From: Planctomycetota bacterium
Lineage (GTDB): Bacteria > Planctomycetota > B15-G4 > SIAN01
Reading direction: 5' to 3'
Assembly: GCA_031409275.1 (NCBI GenBank)
Contig: JANNXA010000040.1
Span: 96,001-160,000, forward strand
Length of the DNA stretch: 64,000 nucleotides
Positions 60,828 to 64,000 of this stretch are shown here, piece after piece. The notes below the pieces were generated by a model. That model was not told the origin of the DNA. It made no database searches and worked only from the letters and a program-made list of their open reading frames with translations. Each line of letters begins with the position of its first letter. The first letter of the stretch is position 1. Position numbers and translations under genes: made by a program.

Positions 60828-62963
60828 ATGCTTCCCCACCCTGCTGCCGCCGCGCCCTCGACCTTCGCTGACCTCGTGCGCAGCGTGCGTCGTCGCGCGC
60901 TCTTCGTGCTGGCCGCCGTGGCGGTCGCCGTCGTCGCCGCCGCCGCGTGGGCCGTGCGCGCTCCCAAGCAGTACCGCGCCACCGCGTCGCTGCTGATCGA
61001 GCGGCCGCTGGCGACCGACCTCGGCATCAGCTCGCCGTTTGGCGCCGCACAGGAGCTCGACCGCTTCGCCGCCACCCAGCTCCAGGTCCTGCGCAGCCGC
61101 ACCGTGCTCGACGCGCTCGAACAGCGGCTCGACGTCAGTGGCTGGCCGGAGTTCGCCGGCCTCGATGGCGAGGCGCGTTCCGGCGCGCTCGCCGATGCGC
61201 TCGAGATCGAGCCGCGCGGCCAGAGCGCGCTGGTCGACGTCGGCTTCGTCGCGCTCGATGCGCAACACGCCGCGACCTTGGTGAACGAGCTGTGCGCGAC
61301 CTACCTGAGCCACGTCGCCAGCCGCGAGAAGGAGCACGTCCGCAACGACCTCGCGGCCATCGAGTCGGAGCTGCCGCGCCTCGTCGCGCAGCGCGAACAG
61401 GCGCGCGGCGATCTCGACCAGTTCAAGAAAGCGAGCGCGTCGCTCACCTTCGACGGCCGCGAAGAGCTGCTGCAGGAGGAGTTGAAACAGCAGAGCCGCA
61501 TCGTCCAGGAGGCGCGCGAACAGCAGGATGATCTCGAAGCGCGCTGCTCGATCATCGATCAGTACGGCGTCGACGCCGACCGCGCCGCGTTGGCGCGCGC
61601 GCTCGATCTCGAGCCGAGCCGCGAGGCCATCACCAAGCTCGTCGAGTTCGAGACGCGACGCGCCGAGCTCGCCGGGCTGCAGGGGACGCGCACCGCGCAG
61701 CTCGCGACGCTCGACGCCGAGATCGAGCGGCTGCATACGGCGCTTGCCGGCGAAGAACAGGCGGCGATCGCCGGACTCGTGCTGAAGCTCGAGATCGCGC
61801 GCAAGGAGGTCGGCCACGCCGAGGCGCGACTCGAACAGCTGCGCACCACCGCCACCGAGCTCGACCGCGCCAAGTCGGAGCACGACGCGCTCGCTTCGCG
61901 CGTCGCCGACGCCACCGGGCTCTTCGATCGGCTGAGCCAGCGTCGCGACGAGCTGCTCGTGCTCGAAGCACGCAACGGCACGGGCAGCCGCATCTACGTG
62001 CAGGATCGCGCTTCGGTGCCGACCGTTCCATGCGCACCGCACCGGCTGGCCGCCATCGCCATCGCGCTCGTCTTCGGCCTGCTGGTCGGGATCGCGGGCG
62101 CGCTCGCGCTCGAACGATTCGACGACCGCGTCGGCGCCATCGAGGAGCTCGAAGCGTCGCTCGAAACCAGCTCGATCGCCCGCATCCCCCACCTGCCCCT
62201 CACGGCCGGCACCGCGCCGGAGTACGAATGGGTCAAGCGGCCGGAGGCGTTCCCGGCCGACGAATTCCGCAAGCTCTTCCTCACGCTCGGCGGCGACCAA
62301 GGCACGACCGATCGCGCCCGCGCGATCACCGTACTGTCGGCGGTTCCGCGCGAAGGCAAGACGCTGGTCGCGACCGGCATCGCGATGGCCGCCGCCCGCG
62401 CCGGCTTCTCCACGCTGCTGATCGATGGCGACTTGAAGCGCCCGCGCCTCCACGAGGTCTTCTCGCTCGAGTCCGAGGCCGGCGTGCTCGACCACCTGGC
62501 CGGACGCAGCGCGCTCGAGCAGGTGGTCCATGCCACCCGCTTCGACAACCTGTCGCTGCTTCCCGCCGGCACGCCGACGCCCGATCTCGAACGCCTCGCG
62601 CACCCGCGCGCACTGGCGCGACTCGTCGAGCAGCTGCGCAAGGGCTGGCAGGTGATCGTCTTCGATACTTCGCCGACGCTGCTCTCCGCCGACGCATTCG
62701 TCTTCGCGCGCCACGCCGATGCGCGCGTGCTGGTCGCCTCCGCCGCGAGCTCGAAGGTCGGGCCGCTGCGCCAGGCGATGGCGCAACTGCGCCACCTCGG
62801 CATCGAGGTCGCCGGGACCGTCATCAACCGTCACGCGTCGCCGCCTGCACCTTATGGCGCCTACGACTACACGCAGGTCGCCGGCAGCAAGCGGCGCGCG
62901 CGCTCGGTCGCCTCGGCCACCAAGGTCGAAAGCGCGGGCGTCGGCACGCCGCCGGAGCGATGA
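60828..62963 (+). CDS. wzc: Polysaccharide co-polymerase / BY-kinase (Wzc)
   Basis: Two TM segments flanking a coiled coil; Walker A PREGKT, A' IDGDLKRP, B VFDTSP; short Tyr tail YGAYDY. Confidence 0.88.
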   Translation: MLPHPAAAAPSTFADLVRSVRRRALFVLAAVAVAVVAAAAWAVRAPKQYRATASLLIERPLATDLGISSPFGAAQELDRFAATQLQVLRSRTVLDALEQRLDVSGWPEFAGLDGEARSGALADALEIEPRGQSALVDVGFVALDAQHAATLVNELCATYLSHVASREKEHVRNDLAAIESELPRLVAQREQARGDLDQFKKASASLTFDGREELLQEELKQQSRIVQEAREQQDDLEARCSIIDQYGVDADRAALARALDLEPSREAITKLVEFETRRAELAGLQGTRTAQLATLDAEIERLHTALAGEEQAAIAGLVLKLEIARKEVGHAEARLEQLRTTATELDRAKSEHDALASRVADATGLFDRLSQRRDELLVLEARNGTGSRIYVQDRASVPTVPCAPHRLAAIAIALVFGLLVGIAGALALERFDDRVGAIEELEASLETSSIARIPHLPLTAGTAPEYEWVKRPEAFPADEFRKLFLTLGGDQGTTDRARAITVLSAVPREGKTLVATGIAMAAARAGFSTLLIDGDLKRPRLHEVFSLESEAGVLDHLAGRSALEQVVHATRFDNLSLLPAGTPTPDLERLAHPRALARLVEQLRKGWQVIVFDTSPTLLSADAFVFARHADARVLVASAASSKVGPLRQAMAQLRHLGIEVAGTVINRHASPPAPYGAYDYTQVAGSKRRARSVASATKVESAGVGTPPER

Positions 62964-62964
62964 G

Positions 62965-63930
62965 ATGCACCCCGCCACCGCTCGCGCCCCGTTCGTGGCG
63001 CTGCTCGCGGCGGCCTTCGCGCTGGTCGAGCGTTGGCCCGATCCGCTCGCGCAAGCCGAGCAGATCGCGCGCACCGCCGATTCGTTCGCCGTCGCCGAGT
63101 TCGCGTGCGGCCGGGCGCCCCGCGTCGCCGTCGGCCACCTGATCGCCGCCGCGCTCGCGGAGGAAGAAGGCGTGGCGACCGCCGCGCGCAGCGAGATCGA
63201 ACGGGCCGCGCGCGCGGCTCCTTGGCTCGGCGAGATCCAGCACGGCGTTGCCGATGCGCTGCTGGTCGATGCCGTCGAGCAGCACGATCCGGCGCGCCTC
63301 GCCGCCGCCGCACGCGCCTACGCCGTCGCCGTCGCGACCGGCACGCTTCCGACCAGCGCGGCCTTCGCCGCGCTCGCAGCGGCCGACGCTTCCCCAGCGC
63401 TCTTCGAGCAGGTTGCCGGAAACGATCGCGCGCGCCGCGAGGCGTTGCTCGAGCACTACGCGCGCCGCCTCGCGAGCGAGCTGGCGCTCGAGCTGGCCGC
63501 CACGCTCGATCGTGAACGCGGCGGAGCAGGCGCACCGATGGCCGCGCTCGCCCATCGCCGACTCGCGGCCGCCCATCTCGAGGCGGGCGATCCAGCGCTC
63601 GCGGCGCGCCACTTCGAACGCGCCGCGCAGCTCGCCGGAACTCCGGAGGTGTTGGCCCTCGATCGCACGCAGGCGTGGTTCGCCGCCGGAAACTACGAAG
63701 CGGGCAGCGCGGCTCTGGTCGTCGGCCTCGCGCACGGACAGTTCGACGCTGCGCAAGGCGCGGCGCTGCTGCAAGCGGCGGCCGATCCGGTGCGCGCGTC
63801 CGACGCGTTGTACGACGCCCTTCGCGCCGCACCCGACCCGCAGCTTGCGCCGCGAGCGGCGCCACTCTTCGCGGCGCTCGGTCAGCGGGAACGCCAGCAG
63901 CAGCTGCTGCTGTTCGGCGGCGCGCGATGA
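62965..63930 (+). CDS. Hypothetical Ala-rich TPR-like protein
   Basis: ATG 1 bp after the wzc stop; TPR-like helices; stop overlaps the next ATG. Confidence 0.6.
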   Translation: MHPATARAPFVALLAAAFALVERWPDPLAQAEQIARTADSFAVAEFACGRAPRVAVGHLIAAALAEEEGVATAARSEIERAARAAPWLGEIQHGVADALLVDAVEQHDPARLAAAARAYAVAVATGTLPTSAAFAALAAADASPALFEQVAGNDRARREALLEHYARRLASELALELAATLDRERGGAGAPMAALAHRRLAAAHLEAGDPALAARHFERAAQLAGTPEVLALDRTQAWFAAGNYEAGSAALVVGLAHGQFDAAQGAALLQAAADPVRASDALYDALRAAPDPQLAPRAAPLFAALGQRERQQQLLLFGGAR

Positions 63931-64000
63931 GTCGCACGCACGCCGTGGTCGCCGAACCAGTCCCGACGGTGAGCGAGCCGACGCGAGCGGCCATCGTCGC
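63927..64000 (+). CDS. 5' end of next gene (partial, unknown)
   Basis: ATGA overlap with the previous stop; open to the window edge (MSRTHAVVAEPVPTV...). Confidence 0.4.
   Translation, partial: MSRTHAVVAEPVPTVSEPTRAAIV

Noticed and set aside
58218..63074. 1618-aa minus-strand ORF
   Set aside because: Antisense shadow of the barrel-wza-wzc genes; no motifs, and long stop-free antisense frames are expected at this GC content.

Overview
High-GC bacterial window, most consistent with a Planctomycetota/PVC genome (Minf_1886-like protein, PVC-type CxxCH haem protein, divergent extra dnaA). This taxonomic call is inference. Bases 1-36.9 kb are mostly housekeeping: nucleotide-sugar genes (wecB partial, epimerase, dehydrogenase, decarboxylase), efp-accB-accC, moaC-mog-asd, an S41 protease, holB-ricT, transketolase, secreted kelch and S8 proteins, ssb-moaD-moaE, and rpmE-prfA-prmC. 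About 36.9-51.4 kb looks like a defence/accessory island. It holds decayed TA and ATPase remnants, then a compact three-gene operon: HEPN-like toxin, degenerate MNT-like protein with a long tail ending -GAAA, and a SecB-like chaperone. This operon is the best novelty candidate, a putative HEPN toxin-antitoxin-chaperone system. Convergent on it is a five-gene BREX-related/restriction-like operon: DUF499-like ATPase, minimal PglZ, DUF1156-like methyltransferase, small unknown protein, SNF2 helicase. DUF5131 and DUF1801 genes follow. After the island come a lexA-imuA-imuB-dnaE2 mutagenesis cassette with a clear operator palindrome, and a Wza/Wzc polysaccharide export cluster. A structured ~200-nt intergenic region at 12.6-12.8 kb may be an ncRNA. 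All family assignments come from motif recognition by eye; no searches were run.
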